From Bdellovibrionales bacterium (lineage in GTDB: Bacteria; Bdellovibrionota; Bdellovibrionia; Bdellovibrionales; JAMPXM01), in NCBI GenBank assembly GCA_043739185.1, contig JAYUEN010000525.1, positions 1-26,457 of the forward strand: DNA of 26,457 bases. Reading direction: 5' to 3'. Positions 9,499-17,671 of this stretch are shown in pieces. Every line of letters starts with the position of its first letter. Within the stretch, counting starts at the first letter, position 1. Position numbers and translations under genes: made by a program. The notes under the pieces were generated by a model that was given only the letters and a program-made list of their open reading frames with translations, searched no databases and was not told the origin of the DNA.

Positions 9499-10784
9499 TC
9501 TTTTCTTTTCTGTATCGGTACCTTATTTATCCTGCGCTCTTGTCTATTTTTAGATTACTCGCGCTCTTCAATCCAAAAATAAAAACAGCACTTGAGTTAA
9601 GACAAAACCAAAATTCAAAACCACCCTGGCTTTTAACTTCTTTGTCTCAGAGACCCGTTTGGATTCACTGTGCCTCCGGCGAATTCGAATATGCCAAACC
9701 CGTGATCAATGCGATTAAGCTTAAATACCCTCAAATTAAAATATTGATTACTTATTTTTCTCCATCTGTTGTTGAGTCACTTGAAAAATATAAAAATATT
9801 GATTTTTTTTGTCCCCTCCCTTGGGACCAGCCCCATGCACTTAAGGAATTTTTGAACCATCACTCCCCTCGAGCCCTTCTCATAGCGCGAACTGATGCCT
9901 GGCCCGAAATGCTCACGCAAACCAAATTGCTCAAGATACCAAGTTTAATGTTTTCATCTACGCTCTCGCCCTCTAGTTCACGTATGAGTTGGGTGGCTCG
10001 AAGTTTTACGGCGTGGACTCTGGGGAATTTGAGTGAAATTCAATGTGTAAGCCAAGATGACTTCACTTGCTTTAAGCAGTTAGGACTCGGGCATCTTACA
10101 AAAGTATGTGGCGACACCAGATACGATCAAGTGATCGAGCGTCTTAAGCACCCAAAGCCCATAAAAGACTTTCTCTTTCGACATGCACCAAATGAAAAGA
10201 TATTCGTGGCCGGAAGTACCTGGCCCGAAGACGAAGAGGTCTTACTCGATATAATTGCATTTTCGTTCAGAAAAAAATTGAAAATGAAATTTGTTTTGGT
10301 TCCGCATGAGCCCACCTCTCAACATATGAGTGAGCTCAAACAAAAAGCTTCAGCCAAGGGCCTTGAAATTGAATTTTACTCCGAGCTCAATCAGTGGAGC
10401 GCAAATAAAATACTTGTCGTTGATCAGGTGGGTATACTCGCTGAAATTTATGCCTATGCTTCACTGGCTTTTGTGGGCGGATCCTTTCGCAAAACAGTTC
10501 ATAGTGTTATGGAGCCTCTGGCCGCAGGCTGTCTGACCTTTGTTGGGCCCAAACATTTAAATAATCGAGAGGCCCTCTTTATGAAAAAAATCTCGCTCAA
10601 AAGTTTTTCAGATTTGAGTCCGGTTATAGAGGTAAAAAAACTCAAAGACTTTCAAAACTACGTTCAAGATCTTGATGACCGGGAGTTCAGTTCAGTTAGC
10701 CTTGAAATTAAAAATTTGATTTCACAGCGCGCAGGTGAGGCCACAGAAAAAGTTATGCAGTGGCTTTCGCCTTACTTAGACTAA
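9495..10784 (+). CDS. waaA: 3-deoxy-D-manno-octulosonic acid (Kdo) transferase
   Basis: WIHCASGEFE, ITYFSPS, LPWD, GDTRYDQV, AGSTWPEDE, VPHEP, GILAEIY and FVGGSF..HSVMEP. The GTG start at 9495 overlaps the GT9 stop (GTGA). Confidence 0.92.
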   Translation: MIFSFLYRYLIYPALLSIFRLLALFNPKIKTALELRQNQNSKPPWLLTSLSQRPVWIHCASGEFEYAKPVINAIKLKYPQIKILITYFSPSVVESLEKYKNIDFFCPLPWDQPHALKEFLNHHSPRALLIARTDAWPEMLTQTKLLKIPSLMFSSTLSPSSSRMSWVARSFTAWTLGNLSEIQCVSQDDFTCFKQLGLGHLTKVCGDTRYDQVIERLKHPKPIKDFLFRHAPNEKIFVAGSTWPEDEEVLLDIIAFSFRKKLKMKFVLVPHEPTSQHMSELKQKASAKGLEIEFYSELNQWSANKILVVDQVGILAEIYAYASLAFVGGSFRKTVHSVMEPLAAGCLTFVGPKHLNNREALFMKKISLKSFSDLSPVIEVKKLKDFQNYVQDLDDREFSSVSLEIKNLISQRAGEATEKVMQWLSPYLD

Positions 10785-10786
10785 GT

Positions 10787-11521
10787 TTATTTATTGTTTT
10801 CTAAAAACTGCAGGCTTCTGACCCCGAACCAACTAAAAGATTCGCCGTCAACGATGGCAGAAGCCGCGCCATAATCTAATAATTCATTTTGAAATTTGAC
10901 AAAAGGAAAGGGTTCACTTGAAAAAAGCAAAAGAGTATTTTGCGGCAGATCTTTCATTTCAAATTCATAGTATTTTTTGCTTTGAGTTCTTAGTCTTTCG
11001 CCAAAACCCAAATGGCGGATGACACTTGCAATGAAGGTGTCTTGATTTACGGCCATCCAAGGGGCTCTCCAGATGACGTATACTAGGCAATCAATTTGTG
11101 CTGATGGCGGCCTAAGCCAATTCAGAACTCCGGGTATTTTTTCAAAATCTCGGCTCGCTATTTTTTTCTCAGCTACAGCTTGCCAACGATTTGCTAGTTT
11201 GAGCAAATTTTCATTTTTCAATTTGAGCCCAAGGTCTTTAAGTTCTTTTGAGACATCTTCTACTTTTTCAATGTGCGTGACCTGGCATTTATCCGAAAAT
11301 GCATCGAAGATCGCCTTCGAATTTTCTTCTTGGTCTAATAAGATGAGGTCGGGCTGCAAATCTCGAATGAGCTCTAAATTAAAATCTTTGGTGCCACCAA
11401 CGACTTTTATTTCTTTCAACTTATTACAAGGGTGAATGCAATACCTGGTTCTCCCAACCACTTGCACTTGGCATTCAAGGAGAGTTTCGGTCCACGAAGG
11501 GACCATCGAAATCACTCGCAT
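10787..11521 (-). CDS. helical-backbone metal receptor / BtuF-like binding protein without signal peptide
   Basis: RVISMVPSWTETL, VVGRTRYCIHP, VGGTKD, LQPDLIL..EEN, IWRAPWMAVNQDTFI, SSEPFPF and VDGESFSWFG. Confidence 0.85.
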   Translation of the reverse strand: MRVISMVPSWTETLLECQVQVVGRTRYCIHPCNKLKEIKVVGGTKDFNLELIRDLQPDLILLDQEENSKAIFDAFSDKCQVTHIEKVEDVSKELKDLGLKLKNENLLKLANRWQAVAEKKIASRDFEKIPGVLNWLRPPSAQIDCLVYVIWRAPWMAVNQDTFIASVIRHLGFGERLRTQSKKYYEFEMKDLPQNTLLLFSSEPFPFVKFQNELLDYGAASAIVDGESFSWFGVRSLQFLENNK

Positions 11522-11532
11522 GATTGCCTTTA

Positions 11533-12912
11533 CTAAGTTTTAGGCTTTTGATTATTTTGTGCAGGCGCTTTTGCTGGAGCCACCTTTGGTCCTTGGGGTG
11601 GAGCTTTCGGTGGCGGCTGAGTCATATCGCAATTGAAAATCAAGGCCAAATCATCTTTTGTCACCGTGTATTTGAGCCACTCCACATAGCTAGGATCCTT
11701 GCTCTGATCAGCTACTGTATCAGCAAGAACGGCAGGATTAAGCTTCGGAGTTTTTGCATCTACAGCCTCATCGGTAACAGCTGCAAGGGCTGCAAGATTT
11801 GCCATTTCATAATCCGAATTGTCTTCAGAGATAATGGCTCCAGCTAGTGGCGCCACCGGAGTCGATACTGTAGTCTTAGGGGCAGGTACGTCTTTAGCGG
11901 GTGCAGCTGCAGGCACTGGAGTTTGCACATCAGAAACGGCAAGCGAAACCGGATTCACCGGCAAACTCATAAAGGACTTCAAATTGCTTTCATCAACCAC
12001 CACTGGTGGTGTAGCTGTCGTAGGTGTTGCAACTGTGGGAGCGGCCACTGGCGAAGCAGAACCCTTACTATCATTTACCGCAGCCTGCACCGGACAATTC
12101 AAATCACTCGCATCAACCGCACCCAACCAATGCCCTAGCATTTTGTTTACCGCTAAACAAAATAACTGATTTGTTTCTTTCATACATTCGCTGCGAAACT
12201 GCTCCTTTTGACCGATGGTAACGTCTTTTAGAGCGTCAGCCTTATCATTGCAGTCTTTTGTACTTTGAGTATTAAAAACCGGGCCCTGCGCCCATTCGTC
12301 AATTTTTAGCTGGTAGTTCAGATCAGAACCCGACAACGTATTCACTAATGAACTCGGTGAACTTGATGCCTGTGGAGCCTTGGGCTGTTGAAAATCTAGG
12401 GTGAGCGTCTGATCAACCGAACTGCCGTCCGCCACTTTTAAATTGAGTGCTATTGAAACATCAGATTTACTCCAAAAATACTGCAAATTCGCAAGACACT
12501 GATTCACAATCATGTCCTTGATATCCGATTTTTGAGTAGGTGAAAGATTTATATTTGGGTTTACGAATTCAATCCCTGCATTGACGGTAACTTTCTCCTG
12601 GATTGAAGAGTCCTTCAAAGTCTGTTTTGACATTTTGAATTTTCGCGCCAAATTTGACTTTTTATAACTGGCTTTGCCTGCACCTTGAGAAGTCATCATG
12701 CAAATTTTAACTCCACCTGAGTCACTGATGGTGCGATCCGTAACTTTGCTATAGCATTGTTGTCTTAACTTTTGGCTGGTGGTCTTTTGATTCGAATCGA
12801 TTTTATGTTCAGGCAGAATCATTTCGCCATTTGGTTTTCCGCAAGCAACCAAAAAAATAAGTAGAGAAATTCGCAAGGCTTGCTGGGATGTTAAAATCAA
12901 TTTTGGCTGCAT
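11533..12912 (-). CDS. hypothetical secreted lipoprotein with degenerate metzincin-like motif and Pro/Ala/Thr-rich linkers
   Basis: Long ORF with a lipobox (LLIFLVA-C). AAGGA precedes ATG 12912 (track extends to 12936). Contains KMLGHWLGAVD, SFMS and DDLALI elements. Confidence 0.8.
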   Translation of the reverse strand: MQPKLILTSQQALRISLLIFLVACGKPNGEMILPEHKIDSNQKTTSQKLRQQCYSKVTDRTISDSGGVKICMMTSQGAGKASYKKSNLARKFKMSKQTLKDSSIQEKVTVNAGIEFVNPNINLSPTQKSDIKDMIVNQCLANLQYFWSKSDVSIALNLKVADGSSVDQTLTLDFQQPKAPQASSSPSSLVNTLSGSDLNYQLKIDEWAQGPVFNTQSTKDCNDKADALKDVTIGQKEQFRSECMKETNQLFCLAVNKMLGHWLGAVDASDLNCPVQAAVNDSKGSASPVAAPTVATPTTATPPVVVDESNLKSFMSLPVNPVSLAVSDVQTPVPAAAPAKDVPAPKTTVSTPVAPLAGAIISEDNSDYEMANLAALAAVTDEAVDAKTPKLNPAVLADTVADQSKDPSYVEWLKYTVTKDDLALIFNCDMTQPPPKAPPQGPKVAPAKAPAQNNQKPKT

Positions 12913-13982
12913 AATTTTCCTTAATTTGAGAATCATTTATGGCTTGGGCCTAACATATCAAAAAGCTTCAATTTATAAACTCTTTAATGACTCTAACCAT
13001 AAGTGCAAAATATGTTCTTTTGAAATTCAAGTTTCTCCCCTCTTTTAAACGCTTTGAGCCTGTTTCAGATGCAAATATTCTGATCACAAATTACGTTTTT
13101 TGTATGCTTATGCCCTTTTGGGCTTAATTTCGAGTTTAGCTTGGCTAAGAAATGGGCCCAATTTTCTTTTAATTGGTCTAGTTTTAACACTAGATTTCAA
13201 ATCAGTTTTAACGGCAGCGGCTGCGGTCAACCGCTTGCCAGTTTCGGTAGGCAGACTTCAGAATGAAAATTTAATGGTGTAAAAATCATTAAAATTCAAA
13301 CTCCAGCATGGGAGTAGGATTAAAGTGACTTGAACTACTTCTGCCCGTCTTAATTTTGCGCGGGACTTATTACTTTTGTTCAAGGATAAGGCTGCAGTTT
13401 TCATAGAATAAACTATTTAGTTCTTTCGCTTAGTCTTCTGCAAATTGTGGCGTTACGATTGAGGCTTTTGGCCGTCGCTTTTATACTCGAGACTTCGTTT
13501 TTATACGTATCTTCCTTAACATCTACCTTTTGCCCCGAAGCTTGTCGACTCTCCTTTGGTTGAAAAACCAATGCTATTATTTCACGCTCCACAACAACAA
13601 GGCGATATCATTTTGGAATAGTTTCTCCCACTGAGAAGATAAATCTAGACTTAATTTTAAGATTTCAGCCTCTGAAGCCCTACGCCATTACCATTTAGAA
13701 TCTGAGCGACCTCCCGTGCTTGAATTCTCTTGTATGAAATTAAAACAACACCTCACTTTGATCATTGCAATAATTCAGATGATTTTGGCCCCAGTGACTG
13801 CCTGTATATCATTGATATAACTATTCTTTTATGCCTTTCGCAAAATCAGATGCCAAGCCCCTTTAGCTGCGGGCGGTGCCCTAATCAGCTAATTTTCTCA
13901 AAGATGCTTTACTTTGGTAAATGCCCAAACCAATAATAGCCTCTTGTTTTCTTAGACTTAGTTGCTAATAAAGGAGCTAGAA

Positions 13983-15332
13983 ATGTCGAACCTTGAACAA
14001 AAGCACTTTCAAAATTTTCCTAGCTTACCTGCGGTTCGCAATTTGATTCGTGATAAGACTTTTGGCTCTGGCGACGTCATGGTGGTCTTCGGAGAAATTT
14101 TTTCTCGCGGCTATGCAAACGGCATTTTAGACGAAGCTCAAAAAGCAGGAATGAAGGTCATTCGCTCAACTGTTGGCAGAAGAACTGCCGACAATCAGCT
14201 GCGAAACCTCACCCCTGAGGAACTTGAAAGTCAGCCAAAAGACTTTATCAATATCGCACTCGAAGCTGGTTTTGATTTAGAGAAATCAAGCAAAGGCAAC
14301 TCACCTTGCGATCAACTTGCAGGTGTCAAGATGAACGACTGGGATAAAGTTAAGCTCGATTGGGCGCAAATCGAAGATTCAAAAAAAATCGCAGCTCGCA
14401 GATTCAAAACTCAAGTCGAGCATTATTTTACAGAAGTTGAGAAGCTTATTCCTTCAGGCAAGAATGTACTCTTCGTTCACACCATGGCTGGTGGTGTGCC
14501 AAGGGCCAAACTCCTGATGCCGACCATGAATAAAATATTTAAGGGTCAGGGCGAGCGGCATATTCCATCAGAAAAATTTTGGACATCTGAACTTGGCAAA
14601 CTCTGCTCCTTAAATTTTGATGAGGTCACTGCCGGTACCTTTGAAGTGCTCTTAACGGCCTCGACTTCGCTGCGTGAAAAAATTGAAAAATCAGGATGCC
14701 GCGTTTCTTATATGGCCTATGGTTATCATGGCACTGAAGTTTTAATTCAAAATGAATATCGTTGGCAAAGTTACAGCCCCTATGTTCAGGGCTGGGCAAA
14801 AATGAAACTTGAAAATTATTCTTTCGAAGCTCAAAAGCGTGGCCTGCATACTTGCGTTTACAATTGTCCCGAAATTTTAACCAATTCGAGCTCAATTTTC
14901 TTAGGCGTCGAGGTATCATTATATCCTTTGCTTGGCGCCCTTCAAAAAGAGCTGAATCTTCACCCGCAGTCAGTAAATGCTAGGCGTGTGATCGACAAAT
15001 GCCAAAGCCTGCTCAAGGATGAATACAAGGTTTCAGATGTTCTTGAGTTTTGTGAAACTTATCTGACCTCCGCAGAGATTAAAAGCCATTGCGATTTTAA
15101 AAAGTGGCCACAACATAGCAGCCAATCCCAAATGGAGAAAATGCTTCAAGCCAGTGAACATCTCTGGGGGATGCATCGAAACGAAAAAGATCTCATCACC
15201 TTTGTGCTCAGTGAGGAAGTTTTCAAAGCCACCGGGCGCCTTATGTTTTACGATAGTTGGAATGCTCAAGAACCTGTTCGCTGGCTCAATCATGACGTGA
15301 TCGCAAAGCATATTGCCGAACTCACGCATTAG
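13983..15332 (+). CDS. fabMG: FabMG-type enoyl-ACP reductase
   Basis: Recognised motif series GDVMVVFGEIFSRGYANG, TVGRR, AGFDL, HTMAGGVP, NFDEVTA, YMAYGYHGTEVLI, WQSYSPYVQGWAKMKLE, YNCPEILTNSS and WLNHDVIAK. AAGGAG precedes ATG 13983. Confidence 0.85.
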   Translation: MSNLEQKHFQNFPSLPAVRNLIRDKTFGSGDVMVVFGEIFSRGYANGILDEAQKAGMKVIRSTVGRRTADNQLRNLTPEELESQPKDFINIALEAGFDLEKSSKGNSPCDQLAGVKMNDWDKVKLDWAQIEDSKKIAARRFKTQVEHYFTEVEKLIPSGKNVLFVHTMAGGVPRAKLLMPTMNKIFKGQGERHIPSEKFWTSELGKLCSLNFDEVTAGTFEVLLTASTSLREKIEKSGCRVSYMAYGYHGTEVLIQNEYRWQSYSPYVQGWAKMKLENYSFEAQKRGLHTCVYNCPEILTNSSSIFLGVEVSLYPLLGALQKELNLHPQSVNARRVIDKCQSLLKDEYKVSDVLEFCETYLTSAEIKSHCDFKKWPQHSSQSQMEKMLQASEHLWGMHRNEKDLITFVLSEEVFKATGRLMFYDSWNAQEPVRWLNHDVIAKHIAELTH

Positions 15333-15347
15333 AAATGTAGGCTCGTT

Positions 15348-16193
15348 TTGTCGCTCGCAAACGGTTTCTCTTGGAACCACAAATTAATTCGTCTTCTGGG
15401 TTACTCGATCGCTGGAGTTTCAACCAGTATCGCTTTTCCTGATGCGGATGCTTGTTTTGATGTGGCTCAGGGCCTACCCTACCAAATACCAATATCGAAC
15501 TTATTGATCACTCACGGTCATATGGATCACGCCTCTGGCTTACCTTATCTCATTGGTCAGAAGTCGATGACTTCGCAGCCACCGCCCATGATTTATATGC
15601 CTCCAACTTTGGTAGAACCTCTTGAATCTATCATGCGTCTTTGGGAAAAAATCGAAGACCATCAATATAAATATAAATTTATAGCCGTTGAAGAGGGCAT
15701 TAGCTATCCGCTTAAGCCGCCCTACTACTTTAAAATTTTTAAAACTTTTCACCGCGTTCCTTCAAATGGCTATACTATTTTTGAGAGAAAGAAAAAGCTA
15801 AAGCTTGAATTTCAAAAATTGACACCAGTTGAAATTGTCGAGAAAAAACGTCAAGGAATTGAAATTGAAGCTATCATTGAAGATCCGATTGTGAGTTTCA
15901 CCGGTGATTCTCGAATTGAATTTTTAGATCATTGTGAATGGATTAAAAAATCACGCATTTTGATAATGGAAGTCACCTTTGTAGATCAAAAAAAATCAGT
16001 CGAAAACGCAAGATTTTGGGGCCATATACACTTTGACGAACTCTTGCCTCGCCTTGAGTCCTTACAATGTGAAAAAGTGGTTTTGATTCATTTATCAGCA
16101 CGCTATAAAACCAAAGAACTCAAAGACATAATTGAGGCCAGAGTTCCAGAGCATTTAAAATCTAAACTCGAAATTTTTCCGCGTCCAATCTAG
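15348..16193 (+). CDS. MBL-fold metallohydrolase, probable short TM-type ribonuclease Z
   Basis: GYSIAGVST, FD, ITHGHMDHASG (HxHxDH), HRVPSNGY, a KKLK..F..L exosite arm, FTGD, MEVTF, GHIH and LIHLSARY. Confidence 0.82.
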   Translation: MSLANGFSWNHKLIRLLGYSIAGVSTSIAFPDADACFDVAQGLPYQIPISNLLITHGHMDHASGLPYLIGQKSMTSQPPPMIYMPPTLVEPLESIMRLWEKIEDHQYKYKFIAVEEGISYPLKPPYYFKIFKTFHRVPSNGYTIFERKKKLKLEFQKLTPVEIVEKKRQGIEIEAIIEDPIVSFTGDSRIEFLDHCEWIKKSRILIMEVTFVDQKKSVENARFWGHIHFDELLPRLESLQCEKVVLIHLSARYKTKELKDIIEARVPEHLKSKLEIFPRPI

Positions 16194-16215
16194 CGGGATT
16201 CGATTTATTACGCGC

Positions 16216-16244
16216 TTGAGGAATGGCTGAAATCTGTCTATGAT
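16216..16244 (+). promoter_or_regulatory. putative sigma70 promoter for the heme-TPR/P-loop pair
   Basis: TTGAGG-N17-TATGAT, ending 53 bp upstream of ATG 16298. Confidence 0.45.
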
Positions 16245-16297
16245 ATTTCTGGTTCATCAAAATCAGCCTAGCTCAAGCTAGTAATGGGATAAATCTT

Positions 16298-17671
16298 ATG
16301 TTTCGCTTTTTTAATTTGCCTTTCTTCTTTTTTATTTTTTTGCTCAATTTGAATTCTTCGTGCGTACAGCAGGAAAAAAAGCCAGAAGTCGAAAAAGGCC
16401 CGAATACCTGGCAAATGAAGATGCAAGATCTTGCAAGAGTGTTTAGTGAGTTGATTCCTGTCGTCGCAAGTGACCAAAAATTTTCTGATCCGAAAAACAA
16501 AGAACTAATCGAAAGAGATACCGAGTCCTTGAGAAAATTGGCCCATAGTTTGAAGACGAGCAAACTTCCGAAGAACTCAGATCCAAGTCTTAAAATCACT
16601 GCCGAGCTATTCGAAGAAGACATTTCAAGAGCGAAAGTTTTATTGTCAAGTGGTCAGCTTGCAGCCGCGCGCATGATCTTACGTGATACGAGTTCATATT
16701 GCATTCAGTGCCATACCCAATCTAGTAACGGACCCAATTTTCCTAAAATGAAATTAGATTTCCCAACTGATGGACTCAGCCAACTTGAAAAAGCTGAACT
16801 CTTTGTTTCATTGAGACGCTTTGATCAAGCCCTAGGTGAGTTTACTAAAATAATTGAAGATAAAAATTTTGCAGCCGAGCATGTTTTTGAATGGGAACAA
16901 GCTGCACGTTCAGCCGTAGCCATTAGCGTGAAAGTTGAGAAAGATCCGGTTAAAACTTTGAGCTTAGTGCGAAAAATCGCAGCTAATCCGAGTACGCCAC
17001 AATTTGTAAAAGAATCTGTAACTCCTTGGGAAGCAAGCGTTCAAGAATGGCGTCGGGAACGAAAGCCCCTACTAGTGGCTCCGCCAGAAACTCTGCGCTC
17101 AGTTGAAAAGATGATTTCAAGAGCCCAGTCAAAACAAAAGTATCCGCTTGATCATTCTCAAGATATTTTGTTCTTTCGCGCATCTGGCGTACTTCATGAC
17201 TTATTGGCCTTTCACAACGCCGACGATGAAATTAAGGCTCAAGCTCTATACCTTTCAGGCATGGTCGCCGAAGACACTCGCGATCTCAACTTTTGGACCC
17301 TACATGAAACTTACTATGAACTCTGCATTCGAATCGTGCCTCACACTGATTTAGCCAGACAATGTTATGAGAAACTAAATAATTCAATGATCATTGGATA
17401 TTCAGGAAGTGCTGGAACTTCAATCCCTGTTGAAATTCAAACTAAATTAAATGATTTGAAATTACTCTCACTTGCGCTTCCAAATCCAGAAATGAATGCT
17501 AAGGCTACTGCTCCAGCTGTTGTCCCAGCGCCCGCGCCAGCAACGGCGCCCGCGACGGCCCAATCTCCAGCCCCAACTGCGGCACCCAGCGCAGTAACTA
17601 AGGCTACGCCCAGCCCTACTCCCGAAGCCAAAATCGAACAAAAAACTGAAGTGAAAAAGGATAGCCCATAA
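16298..17671 (+). CDS. exported (probably lipo-) protein with single CxxCH heme-c site, TPR-like helical region and Pro/Ala-rich tail
   Basis: Hydrophobic N-terminus ending LNSS-C. CIQCH lies at aa 135-139 after a helical domain, followed by TPR-like helices (RRFDQALGEF, AQALYLSG) and a PAPAPATAP tail. Confidence 0.8.
   Translation: MFRFFNLPFFFFIFLLNLNSSCVQQEKKPEVEKGPNTWQMKMQDLARVFSELIPVVASDQKFSDPKNKELIERDTESLRKLAHSLKTSKLPKNSDPSLKITAELFEEDISRAKVLLSSGQLAAARMILRDTSSYCIQCHTQSSNGPNFPKMKLDFPTDGLSQLEKAELFVSLRRFDQALGEFTKIIEDKNFAAEHVFEWEQAARSAVAISVKVEKDPVKTLSLVRKIAANPSTPQFVKESVTPWEASVQEWRRERKPLLVAPPETLRSVEKMISRAQSKQKYPLDHSQDILFFRASGVLHDLLAFHNADDEIKAQALYLSGMVAEDTRDLNFWTLHETYYELCIRIVPHTDLARQCYEKLNNSMIIGYSGSAGTSIPVEIQTKLNDLKLLSLALPNPEMNAKATAPAVVPAPAPATAPATAQSPAPTAAPSAVTKATPSPTPEAKIEQKTEVKKDSP

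Noticed and set aside
13004..13019. Sigma54-like AAGAACATATTTTGCA upstream of the lipoprotein (minus strand)
   Set aside because: Spacing is right, but the invariant GG is AG. Too weak to call.
13140..13240. Possible c-di-GMP-I riboswitch (GGTCTA...ACGGCAGCGG resembles its 3' half)
   Set aside because: The conserved GGCAAA / GNRA-capped P2 / CGCAAAGC elements are not present upstream.
13100..13282. 60-aa ORF and downstream in-frame fragments (KPMLLFHAP, faintly like an alpha/beta hydrolase)
   Set aside because: TTG start with no RBS, many stops and no nucleophile motif. Not supportable without a search.
13108..13404. Minus-strand ATG-initiated frame with one in-frame TGA (selenocysteine or readthrough candidate)
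   Set aside because: No redox motif context, no convincing SECIS hairpin, no RBS and no recognisable protein.
13840..13855. Sigma54-like TGGCATCTGATTTTGC on the minus strand
   Set aside because: Spacing is GG-N11-GC, but sigma54 needs N10.
13730..13936. 68-aa Cys-rich ORF
   Set aside because: TTG start without an RBS, composition typical of non-coding translation, and overlap with putative regulatory dyads.
17500..17630. GC-rich quasi-repeats suggesting a repeat array or insertion
   Set aside because: They encode the Pro/Ala/Thr linker of the heme protein, with no fixed-period repeat-spacer structure.
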